A stretch of 64,000 nt of DNA from Myxococcales bacterium (GTDB lineage Bacteria > Myxococcota_A > Polyangia > Polyangiales > DASUME01): contig JASGJH010000001.1 in the NCBI GenBank assembly GCA_047601445.1, forward strand, positions 8,768,001 through 8,832,000, written 5' to 3'. Below the pieces are notes generated by a model. That model did not search any database. It had not been told where the DNA came from and saw only the letters and a program-made list of their open reading frames with translations. The position numbers and the translations under genes were made by a program. This document shows positions 39,734 through 47,857 of the stretch, piece by piece (positions within the stretch are counted from its first letter, which is position 1; each line of letters starts with the position of its first letter).

Positions 39734-40081
39734 GTGCTTTCTTCGCGCCCCGTCCTCCCCGCCCTCGCGCTGCTCCTGCCGCTCGCGCTGAGCGGCTGTG
39801 AGGTCATCGCTGACTTCGATCGCGACCGGATCAACCAGTCGACCACCAAGCCGCCCGTGAGCATTCCGCCCACGGTGCCGCCCGAGGAGCAGCAGCCGTC
39901 CGAGGACGCAGGCTCGCCGGACGGGGGCCCGAGCGATGGCGGAAGTCCGGATGCGGGACTCGATGACGGTGGCCTCGACGCAGGTCCCGAGGACGCGGGC
40001 GACCTCGACGCAGCCACGGACGCGGGCGACGCCGGGGCTGACGCGGGCGACGCTGGGGCTGACGCGGGCGACGCTTCGTAA
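39734..40081 (+). CDS. Small lipoprotein with acidic DAG-repeat tail
   Basis: LSGC lipobox, Pro-rich segment, repeated DAG/DGG. Confidence 0.65.
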   Translation: MLSSRPVLPALALLLPLALSGCEVIADFDRDRINQSTTKPPVSIPPTVPPEEQQPSEDAGSPDGGPSDGGSPDAGLDDGGLDAGPEDAGDLDAATDAGDAGADAGDAGADAGDAS

Positions 40082-40187
40082 GCCGTCTGACTATCCCGGG
40101 AGCTCGCGTACGCCTCTCTGGGCTTCGGCAACTGCTGCATTCGCTGGCGCATTGGGTCAGCGCCATGGCACCCGCGGCCAATCGGCT

Positions 40188-40901
40188 CTACTTGGGTGAC
40201 TTGCCGCGTTGACCGGCCTTGCCCGAGCCGTCGTCGGCCATCGGCAAGGTGGCGAGGGTGCTCTTCACCTGGTCGGCGAGGGTCCGGTAGAGCAGCATGT
40301 TGGTCGCGACCACGTCTTCGAGCGGCGTCCTGAAGTCCTCGCGGATCCAGCGCTCGGCCATGTACAGGTTGGCGCCCACCAAGCCATGCGAGAGGAACTC
40401 TGCGCTCAGCCGCGGATCGTGCGCCATCGTCGGGTACAGGAGCAGCATGAAGCCGCGCACCATGTTCGCGTAGTCCTCGATGGCCTTCTCCACGAACATG
40501 CGCACTTGCGGGTTCACCGCCAGCGCTGAAAACCCGATAATTCTGGCTCTTTTGGGGTCCTGGCGGATGAAGATGAAGTACGAGCGCAGGTAGGCTTCGG
40601 CGAGCGACATCGGGTCCTTGGGCGCCAACATGATCGCCTTCAGAACCTCGTTCTTGAGCTGCATGTTCACCTCTGCGAACACCGCCATGAACATGGTCGG
40701 CATGTTCTCGAAGGACTCGTAGAAGTAGCGCTCGGTGAGCTTCGCCTCGGCGCACAGCTCGCGAACCGTGACGGCGTGGTAGCCGCGCTCCCCGAAGGCC
40801 GCGATGCCCGCATCGATGAGCCGGCGCCGGCGCTCGGCTTGGCGCTCCTCCTGGGACTGGCCTTTGAACGTCCGGCTATTACTGCCTGACATCACAGACA
40901 C
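40188..40901 (-). CDS. TetR-family transcriptional regulator
   Basis: RRRRLIDAG...GYHAVTVRELCAEAKLTERYFYESF. Confidence 0.92.
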   Translation of the reverse strand: MSVMSGSNSRTFKGQSQEERQAERRRRLIDAGIAAFGERGYHAVTVRELCAEAKLTERYFYESFENMPTMFMAVFAEVNMQLKNEVLKAIMLAPKDPMSLAEAYLRSYFIFIRQDPKRARIIGFSALAVNPQVRMFVEKAIEDYANMVRGFMLLLYPTMAHDPRLSAEFLSHGLVGANLYMAERWIREDFRTPLEDVVATNMLLYRTLADQVKSTLATLPMADDGSGKAGQRGKSPK

Positions 40902-40926
40902 TTTCGCAAACCGATAAGACCAACAT

Positions 40927-40972
40927 TGACATGGTCCGTTGTCATCCTGTACGTAGACATCATCTGTTGTCA
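40927..40972. promoter_or_regulatory. Tandem palindromic operators GACA-N8-TGTC, probable TetR autoregulatory sites
   Basis: TGACATGGTCCGTTGTCA (40927-40944) and AGACATCATCTGTTGTCA (40955-40972); the first overlaps TTGACA. Confidence 0.6.
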
Positions 40973-41042
40973 GTTTCTGGGTTCGACCTCAAAGACGGCA
41001 ACTCTTTCTTCACTTTGGCTGCGTTCATCGAGGTGGTGTCAG

Positions 41043-42053
41043 ATGTTCGTTTCCAGGCTCATGGTTCAGGCGATGTTGGCAGAGCTTCAGGCCCGGGGGC
41101 TCAAGCCTAACAACTTGGTACCCGACTTCACACCTCTGCAGGGGGAGCAGCTTCCGACTGCGCCCGGCCTCCGAGGCCGCGAGATGGAGCTCCTGGTCGA
41201 GCGTGCCATTCGTCAGTCCGGTGACCAGTCACTCGGGTTGACCATGGGGCAGCGTACCCCCGAGACCATGCTGCATGTGCTCGGACACCTCTTGCTCACC
41301 TGTAGCACCGTCCGCGAGGCCTTCGCGGTCCTGCAACAGTACGCCACGCTGATGCTCGGCGGGGTCGAGTGGTACATGGCCGAGCGCGGGGCCGTGGCCG
41401 TGTTCGGCTTCTCCAAGCCGAGCGTGTCCGACGAGGCCGCACGCTTCTGGGGAGACTGGGTGCTGGCCTTCGCGCTGCGCGTCGGCCGTCAGTACGCCCG
41501 CGACCCCAAGGCCGCGCCCAACGAGGTCCACCTGGCCCACTCGGCGCCGACTTACGCCCAGGATTACGCCAAGGTTTTCGGCTGTCCCGTGCGCTTCGAC
41601 CAACCGAACTACGCCATCGTCTTCCCGCGCGCACTTCTGGACCGTCGCCAGCCCCATGCCGACCCCATGCTGTCGGCCGTGCTGCGCGAGACCGCGGACA
41701 ACCTGCACCGCCAGAGCACCGGGGCCAGCAGCTTTGCCGAGCGCGTGCGCCACGCCCTCCGCTATGAGCAAGACCTGGTCAACGTGGACTTCGATCGCCT
41801 GGCTTCCCGCTGGGGCATGACCCGACGTACCCTGCGTCGCCGTTTGAGCGCCGAGGGTCAATCTCTCTCCGACCTTCTCGACGAGGCTTGCTGTCGGCAG
41901 GCCAAGGAAGAGTTGCGCAGGCAGGACGAAAGCATCAAAGAGATCGCCGAACGGTTGGGCTACTCGGAGACCAGCGCCTTTCACCGCGCGTTCAAGCGCT
42001 GGACGGGCCAGACTCCCACCGAGTTCCGAGCCGTGGCCGCGGAAGCCGTCTGA
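41043..42053 (+). CDS. AraC-family regulator (OruR-like)
   Basis: FGCPVRFDQ; C-terminal RTLRRRL...IAERLGYSETSAFHRAFKRWTG. Confidence 0.92.
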   Translation: MFVSRLMVQAMLAELQARGLKPNNLVPDFTPLQGEQLPTAPGLRGREMELLVERAIRQSGDQSLGLTMGQRTPETMLHVLGHLLLTCSTVREAFAVLQQYATLMLGGVEWYMAERGAVAVFGFSKPSVSDEAARFWGDWVLAFALRVGRQYARDPKAAPNEVHLAHSAPTYAQDYAKVFGCPVRFDQPNYAIVFPRALLDRRQPHADPMLSAVLRETADNLHRQSTGASSFAERVRHALRYEQDLVNVDFDRLASRWGMTRRTLRRRLSAEGQSLSDLLDEACCRQAKEELRRQDESIKEIAERLGYSETSAFHRAFKRWTGQTPTEFRAVAAEAV

Positions 42054-42118
42054 GGCAACCGGGCGCGATGTCGGACCTAGCGCGTGCGGAGCACGCGCGT
42101 GTTGATGCAGGAGTCACG

Positions 42119-42862
42119 ATGCGTAAGACGATTCTGATCACCGGCGCGAGCTCTGGGCTCGGGGCCGGCATGGCGCGTGAGTATGCCAAGCTGGGCCGCG
42201 ACCTCGCGCTTTGCGCGCGTCGCACCGAGCGCCTGGAGGAGCTCAAAGCAGAGCTCCTGCGCAGCAACCCGAGCATCCGCGTGGTGCTGCGGCCCATCGA
42301 CGTGAACAACTACGAGCAGGTGTTCGAGGGCTTTCGCGCCTTCCAACAGGACCTCGGCTCCCTGGACCGCATCATCGTGAACGCGGGCCTAGGCAAGGGA
42401 CAGCCGCTCGGCACTGGCTTCTTCCATGCCAACCGTCAGACCGCGGAGACCAACTTCGTGGCGGCGCTGGCGCAGTGCGAAGCGGCCCTAGAGATCCTGC
42501 GCAAGCAGAACCAGGGCCACCTGGTGACCATCTCCTCGATGAGCGCCATGCGCGGGATGCCGCGCAACCTCACGACCTATGCCGCCACCAAGGCCGGCCT
42601 CGCCGCGCTCACCGAAGGCATCCGCGCCGACCTGATCAACACGCCGATCAAGGTCAGCACCATCTACCCCGGCTACATCCGCTCGGAGATCAACGAGAAG
42701 GTCAAGAGCACCCCCTTCATGGTCGATACCGAGACCGGCTGCCGCGCGCTGGTGAAGGCCATCGAGAAGGAGCGGCCTGAGGCCTACGTGCCCGGCTGGC
42801 CCTGGACGCCCATCGGCTTCCTGATGCGTCACTTGCCTTTGCGCATCGTCGCGAAGATGTGA
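42119..42862 (+). CDS. SDR-family oxidoreductase
   Basis: TGASSGLG, NAG, YAATK. Confidence 0.93.
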   Translation: MRKTILITGASSGLGAGMAREYAKLGRDLALCARRTERLEELKAELLRSNPSIRVVLRPIDVNNYEQVFEGFRAFQQDLGSLDRIIVNAGLGKGQPLGTGFFHANRQTAETNFVAALAQCEAALEILRKQNQGHLVTISSMSAMRGMPRNLTTYAATKAGLAALTEGIRADLINTPIKVSTIYPGYIRSEINEKVKSTPFMVDTETGCRALVKAIEKERPEAYVPGWPWTPIGFLMRHLPLRIVAKM

Positions 42863-42961
42863 CCAGGTCGCGCTGGTCGGGGGCGGGCTTCTTGAAAACC
42901 GCTTTCGACTGGCCTCGCCGCGCTCCCCCGCGGTTTCCGAAATAGCAAGAACCGACGGGCC

Positions 42962-43040
42962 CGTGAGCGAAGCGAACCTCGCGGTGGGGTGGCCCCGGCG
43001 CAGCTTTGCTGCGGCGGTCGGGGAGGGCGCGTGCCCCCCC
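42962..43040 (-). repeat. Dispersed structured repeat, copy B
   Basis: Reverse complement closely matches 43875-43953. Confidence 0.75.
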
Positions 43041-43203
43041 GGATAATTGGCTTTGCCTTCCGAGCCTTGGGTGTACCTAACGCCTTGCGCACCGCGTTGG
43101 AGCGGCGGATAATTTTCGCCCCCCACCCGATGCGGCGTGGGGTCGACCACCAACCACAGCCGACCGCGCAAATGTTGCGCGCGAGCAAGAACAAGGGTGA
43201 GCC

Positions 43204-43791
43204 ATGGCTTTTGAACTTCCTCTGCTCCCGTATGCGAAGGACGCCCTCGCACCGCTCATGAGTGCGGAGACCTTCGAGTATCACTACGGCAAGCATCACC
43301 AGGCCTACGTGACCAATCTCAACGCTGCCATCGTCGGCACGCCCAACGAGAAGAAGAGCCTGGAGGAGATCATCCTCAGCAGCGACGGCCCGCTCTTCAA
43401 CAACTCCGCCCAGGTCTGGAATCACACGTTCTTCTGGAACTCCATGAAGCCCAAGGGCGGCGGCAAGCCGAGCGGCGATCTGGCTGCGGCCATCGACCGC
43501 GACTTCGGCGGCTTCGACAAGTTCCGCGAGCAGTTCGTGCAGGCGGCGGTGAAGCAGTTCGGCTCCGGCTGGGCCTGGCTCGTGAAGGAGGGCGACAAGC
43601 TCAAGATCACCAGCACGGCCAACGCCGATCTGCCCATGAAGCACAACCAGACGGCGCTCTTCACCGTGGATGTCTGGGAGCACGCTTACTACATCGACTA
43701 CCGCAACGCGCGGCAGAAGTTCGTGGAAGCCATCGTGGATAGCCTGGCCAACTGGGACTTCGTCTCCGAGAACCTCAAGAAGGCCAAGTAA
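43204..43791 (+). CDS. sodB: Fe/Mn superoxide dismutase, probably Fe-type
   Basis: HYGKHHQAY, AQVWNH, FGSGW, DVWEHAYY. Confidence 0.93.
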   Translation: MAFELPLLPYAKDALAPLMSAETFEYHYGKHHQAYVTNLNAAIVGTPNEKKSLEEIILSSDGPLFNNSAQVWNHTFFWNSMKPKGGGKPSGDLAAAIDRDFGGFDKFREQFVQAAVKQFGSGWAWLVKEGDKLKITSTANADLPMKHNQTALFTVDVWEHAYYIDYRNARQKFVEAIVDSLANWDFVSENLKKAK

Positions 43792-43830
43792 GGGTCTTTG
43801 GCGAGTCGCGGGTTCGTCCCGAGACTCTGG

Positions 43831-43870
43831 CGCGCCCCCCGGCTCTGCCCGGCGGGCGCGTTTGTTTTTT
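43831..43870 (+). terminator. Intrinsic terminator after the SOD gene
   Basis: CGCGCCC..CCGG / CCGG.GGGCGCG hairpin followed by TTTGTTTTTT. Confidence 0.75.
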
Positions 43871-43874
43871 CATC

Positions 43875-43953
43875 GGGGGGGCACGCGCCCTCCCGCCCGT
43901 CGCGGCAAAGCCGCGTCGGGGGCCCACCCACCGCGAGGTTCGCTGCGCTCACG
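43875..43953 (+). repeat. Dispersed structured repeat, copy C
   Basis: GGGGGGGCACGCGCCCTCCC, CGCGGC-AAA-GCCGCG, TTCGCTGCGCTCACG. Confidence 0.75.
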
Positions 43954-44005
43954 CAGGTCGTTCCCCGGCACCCGGAGGGCCCGCCGCGTGTTATCAGAAG
44001 GGGAC

Positions 44006-45034
44006 ATGCCGTCTCGCTATCCGTTTTCGCCGTTCCCGGATGGTTGGTTCTTCGTCTGCTACTCGCACGAACTTCCCCGCGGAAAGCTGTTTTCCAAGAC
44101 CTTCATGGGCAAGGAGATCGTCGCCTACCGCGGGGCGGATGGTCAGGTGGCCGTCGCTGACGCCCACTGCCCCCACCTCGGGGCCCACATGGGCAAGGGC
44201 GGCTGCATCGAGAACGACGCCATCAAGTGTCCGTTCCACGGCTTTCGCTTCGACAGCCAGGGCAAGTGCGTAAGCACTCCTTATGGGGAGCCGCCCAAGA
44301 CCGCCAAGCTCAACACGTGGCCGGTCCACGAGACCAACGGCTTTATCTTCGCTCACTACGACGCCGAGGGGAGGGCGCCCAGCTGGCGCGTCCCCGAGCT
44401 CGACGACGCGGGTTGGGGCGAGCTGGTGACCAGGCGCTACCGCCTGCGCGGACATCCCCAGGAGACCACCGAGAACGGCGTGGACACGGCGCACTTGATG
44501 TCGGTCCACGGCTATCGCGAGGTCACCACGCTCGATCCGCTGCGCATCGAGGGGCCCTACCTCACGGGCTCCTATCGCATGCGTCGCTATGCCGGGCCGC
44601 TCGAGCTCCTGGGCATCCGCTTGGATCCGGAGTTCCGCGTGCACGTGTGGGGGCTCGGCTACTCGATGGTCGAGACCTACGTGGAGAAATACGGTCTGCG
44701 CGGGCGCCAATGGGTGTTCTCCACGCCGAGTGATGGCGAGTACATCGACCTCTACATTGCGCTGCGCGTGAGCCGCCTCGAACACCCCGAGCGCATCTTC
44801 CCCGGCGCCGAGCACGTGCCTCAGAGCGTCATCATGGCCGCGGTGCGCAAGGTGTTCATGCACGCCTTCGAGAACGACATCGGCCAGGACTTCACGATCT
44901 GGGAGAACAAGGCGTACATGCTGCGGCCCGCGATCGCGAAGAACGACGGACCCATCGGCCAGTACCGCCGCTACTGCAGGCAGTTCTATCCCGAGCTGCG
45001 CGTGAAGGACTCGGGCGCCAACGCTGCGCAGTGA
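44006..45034 (+). CDS. Rieske non-haem iron oxygenase (KshA/Neverland-like)
   Basis: CPHLG...CPFHG, ENGVDTAHLMSVH, QDFTIWENK. Confidence 0.88.
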   Translation: MPSRYPFSPFPDGWFFVCYSHELPRGKLFSKTFMGKEIVAYRGADGQVAVADAHCPHLGAHMGKGGCIENDAIKCPFHGFRFDSQGKCVSTPYGEPPKTAKLNTWPVHETNGFIFAHYDAEGRAPSWRVPELDDAGWGELVTRRYRLRGHPQETTENGVDTAHLMSVHGYREVTTLDPLRIEGPYLTGSYRMRRYAGPLELLGIRLDPEFRVHVWGLGYSMVETYVEKYGLRGRQWVFSTPSDGEYIDLYIALRVSRLEHPERIFPGAEHVPQSVIMAAVRKVFMHAFENDIGQDFTIWENKAYMLRPAIAKNDGPIGQYRRYCRQFYPELRVKDSGANAAQ

Positions 45035-45073
45035 GGCCCTGAGACCAGCGGGCCCAGGCTGACCCGTCCGAGA

Positions 45074-45706
45074 TCAGCGCGCAGAGCTCAGCGTGTCCAC
45101 TAGCTGCTGGGGCGTGTCGACCAGGTGATCCGGGTTCTGGGCCAACAAAGCATCGCGCTGTGCATAGCCCCAGCCCACGGCGATGGAGCGCACGCCGGCA
45201 GCCCTGGCCGCGCTGATGTCTCGCACCTCGTCGCCGACATAGAACACCCGTGAGCCGTCGTAGCGAGCTCGCTTGATGAGCTGTTTGAGCGCCGCACCCT
45301 TGCCGAACATGCTGGCACTGCCTGCGATGTGCTGGAACATGCGCAAGTCTTGGGCGCGCAAGAAGGCCGCGATGTTGGGCTCGGAGTTGGTGGACAGGAT
45401 GCTGAAGCGGCAGCCGGTGAGCTCGAGCGCGCGCAGCGCGTCGACGATGCCATGAACGGGGCTGAGCTTGGCCACGTGCGCGCGCAGTGCGCGCCGCATG
45501 GTGTGGGCGAGGAAGGGCAGCTTCCAGAGGCTCACGTCGTGTTCGCGTAGGGCAGCGCGGCCACCCAGCGTGCGCAGGCGAGGGAGCTGACGGCGGTCGA
45601 TGGCCTTGACGCGAAAGCGGGGGGCGAGGCGGTTATATTCGTCGATCACCACATCGAGAGAATCGGCGAGCGTTCCGTCGAAGTCGAAGATAGCGATGGC
45701 AGGCAC
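45074..45706 (-). CDS. HAD-superfamily phosphatase
   Basis: FDFDGTLADS, YVGDEVRD. Confidence 0.9.
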   Translation of the reverse strand: MPAIAIFDFDGTLADSLDVVIDEYNRLAPRFRVKAIDRRQLPRLRTLGGRAALREHDVSLWKLPFLAHTMRRALRAHVAKLSPVHGIVDALRALELTGCRFSILSTNSEPNIAAFLRAQDLRMFQHIAGSASMFGKGAALKQLIKRARYDGSRVFYVGDEVRDISAARAAGVRSIAVGWGYAQRDALLAQNPDHLVDTPQQLVDTLSSAR

Positions 45707-45903
45707 GTCTCGTGCGTAGCACGGCGAGCGCGCGGGGCCTCTGACACGGAGCGCAAAAAAAAAACGCAACCGTTGCGTGGTGCGGCCGATATCACCCGCA
45801 AAGCACGGCGAGTCGGACCGGTGAGCGCGTAGCGCGTGGTGCGCCGCGAGCTCGCCGCGAAGGCTCGCGCGTGGGTGCGCTCGGACGCGCATGGGAGGAA
45901 GCG

Positions 45904-46143
45904 ATGGAAATGAGTATGGCCAATCAGCTCGGGCGCCTCGCTCGAGATAGGAGAGGGCTCTCCACGGTGGAGTACGTGCTGCTCCTGGTCTTGATCGCGG
46001 CGGGCAGCATCCGCGCGTGGCAGCAGTTCGGCAGTGCGCTCATCCAAAAGGTGGACGCTCAGAAGACCGCGATTCAGGGGCTGGGGTCCGGCGGAGGAGG
46101 TGGTGGTGGCCTGGGAGGCTTGCCGCTGCCCGGAGGCCCTTGA
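45904..46143 (+). CDS. Flp-type pilin
   Basis: RRG|LSTVEY prepilin motif, hydrophobic helix, Gly-rich tail; GGAGG RBS. Confidence 0.85.
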   Translation: MEMSMANQLGRLARDRRGLSTVEYVLLLVLIAAGSIRAWQQFGSALIQKVDAQKTAIQGLGSGGGGGGGLGGLPLPGGP

Positions 46144-46304
46144 AGAGGCTGGCGACCGAGCGGGGCTCGGTGTTCGCCGAGTATCTGGTGCTGCTCGTCA
46201 GCATCTCTCTGCCGCTGGCCGCGGCGACACTCGCCTTGGGCCCCGCCCTGGTGCGCCTCTATCGGACCCAGGTGGCGGTGCTCTTTCTGCCGCTCGCCTA
46301 CTGA
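46140..46304 (+). CDS. Second small Flp-like pilin
   Basis: ERG|SVFAEY plus hydrophobic stretch; TTG start overlaps the previous stop. Confidence 0.65.
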   Translation: MKRLATERGSVFAEYLVLLVSISLPLAAATLALGPALVRLYRTQVAVLFLPLAY

Positions 46305-46355
46305 ACTCGTCACCCTTGCTCGGAGGCTCTCTCCCCGGAGCCTCAGGAGGCCCTC

Positions 46356-46877
46356 ATGCTCGTCGTCCCCTGGAGCCTCGCAGTGTGTGTGATCGCGTCC
46401 GCCGTGGCCGCGTTCACCGACCTGCGTTCCCGCACGATTCCCAACTGGCTCAGCTTGCCGTTGCCCTTGCTGGGCATCGTCGTGCACAGCGTCAGCCTGG
46501 GACTCGAAGGAATGTGGATCGCTTGTTTGGGTTGTCTGTTTTGCTTCGCCCCCGCGTACCTTCTCTTCGCACGCGGGGCTCTGGGGGGCGGCGACGTCAA
46601 GCTGTTCGCAGGACTGGGTGCCTTGCTTGGGCCACGCGAGGGGCTCGAGCTGCAGCTCGTCTCGTTCGTGCTCGTGGCGCTGTACGCGGTGTGGACGAGC
46701 GGCTGGCACGGACGGTTGTGGGCGCTCATGCGAGCTTCCGTACAGGCCTCGCTGCATCTGCTCGCACCGGCTCGCTTCACGCGCCCGGGCGGCCCTGAGC
46801 ATGCGAGCGTGGAGCTGCCGATGGGCGCCGCGATCCTGATGGCGGTGTTGCTGCTGTGCCTGAGGGCGTGGCCATGA
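46356..46877 (+). CDS. cpaA: Prepilin peptidase (A24, CpaA/TadV)
   Basis: TDLRSRTIPNW, GGGDVKL. Confidence 0.9.
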   Translation: MLVVPWSLAVCVIASAVAAFTDLRSRTIPNWLSLPLPLLGIVVHSVSLGLEGMWIACLGCLFCFAPAYLLFARGALGGGDVKLFAGLGALLGPREGLELQLVSFVLVALYAVWTSGWHGRLWALMRASVQASLHLLAPARFTRPGGPEHASVELPMGAAILMAVLLLCLRAWP

Positions 46878-47857
46878 CGACGCTGGTGACCAGGCTGGCT
46901 CCTTCGGTGAGCGGAGCGGTCTTCGCGGAGTTCCTGATCTCCTTCATGCCCTTCTTCATCTTGTTCGTGAGCGTCGTGCAACTCGCCACCATCGCCACGG
47001 CTCGCCAGGTGGTGCAGCACGCGGCCCTGCAAGCGGCGCGCGCTGCGGTGGTCACCATCGACGACGCCCCAGCTTTCTACGAGGACGGTAAGCGCAAGCA
47101 CCTCGAGACCAAGGGCAGCGGAAAGAGTCGCGATAGCACCAAGAAGGCCCTCGACATGATCGCCAAGGGCATCGGCCATCGGCCCACTGGACTGGGGGCG
47201 CGGGGCACCGAGCGCCTGAACCGGATCCGCAACGCCGCCTATCTCCCGTTGTCGGTGATTTCTCCCACGGCCGAGCAGGTCGCACGCTTCATTCCCGCGG
47301 CGAGCCTGATCAGTCCTTCGCTGGAGAACCGCAGTATCGCGGACGACCTCGGCGATTTGCCTGCGCTCCGCATGGTGGTGGGCTTCGGCGTCTATGCGCG
47401 GATGGCGGCAGCCATTACGTTTCCCGTCTCGCCAGGCGCGGACAAGCTGCGCGACTTCAACGACGCCGAGTTCAAGGACCGTGAACAGGTGACCGTGCGA
47501 GTCACATACCTGATGCCATGCAACATCCCGCTGGCGCGGGAGCTCCTTTGCGACTCCATGGTGGAACTCACGGGCCTCCCCGATCTCATCACAGGCATCA
47601 ACGCCGTCAACGCTGCGCACTCGGTGGACGACTGGGAGCGCGCATTCCGGCACCTGTTGCGCGTTCCCGGGGTGGTGGCGAGATTTTCCAGGGGCATGAA
47701 CGAGCTCGTGCGGGCCGAGTGGGCGGCGCTGCAGCTCCCACTGTGGCCGCAGCTGTCTGAGCGCTTCGTCATCGTCACCGGGGAGGCGTCGCTGCCGAAC
47801 CATGGCGCACCCTACAAATATCATTCCGAGCTCAAGAGCCAGAAGGGCACGCCATGA
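46874..47857 (+). CDS. TadE-like minor pilin (large)
   Basis: SG|AVFAEF, HAALQAARAAVV. Confidence 0.78.
   Translation: MTTLVTRLAPSVSGAVFAEFLISFMPFFILFVSVVQLATIATARQVVQHAALQAARAAVVTIDDAPAFYEDGKRKHLETKGSGKSRDSTKKALDMIAKGIGHRPTGLGARGTERLNRIRNAAYLPLSVISPTAEQVARFIPAASLISPSLENRSIADDLGDLPALRMVVGFGVYARMAAAITFPVSPGADKLRDFNDAEFKDREQVTVRVTYLMPCNIPLARELLCDSMVELTGLPDLITGINAVNAAHSVDDWERAFRHLLRVPGVVARFSRGMNELVRAEWAALQLPLWPQLSERFVIVTGEASLPNHGAPYKYHSELKSQKGTP

Noticed and set aside
45820..45876. Possible fourth copy of the dispersed hairpin repeat (minus strand ...CGCGCTCAC)
   Set aside because: Only short matches; the two hairpins and spacing are not preserved
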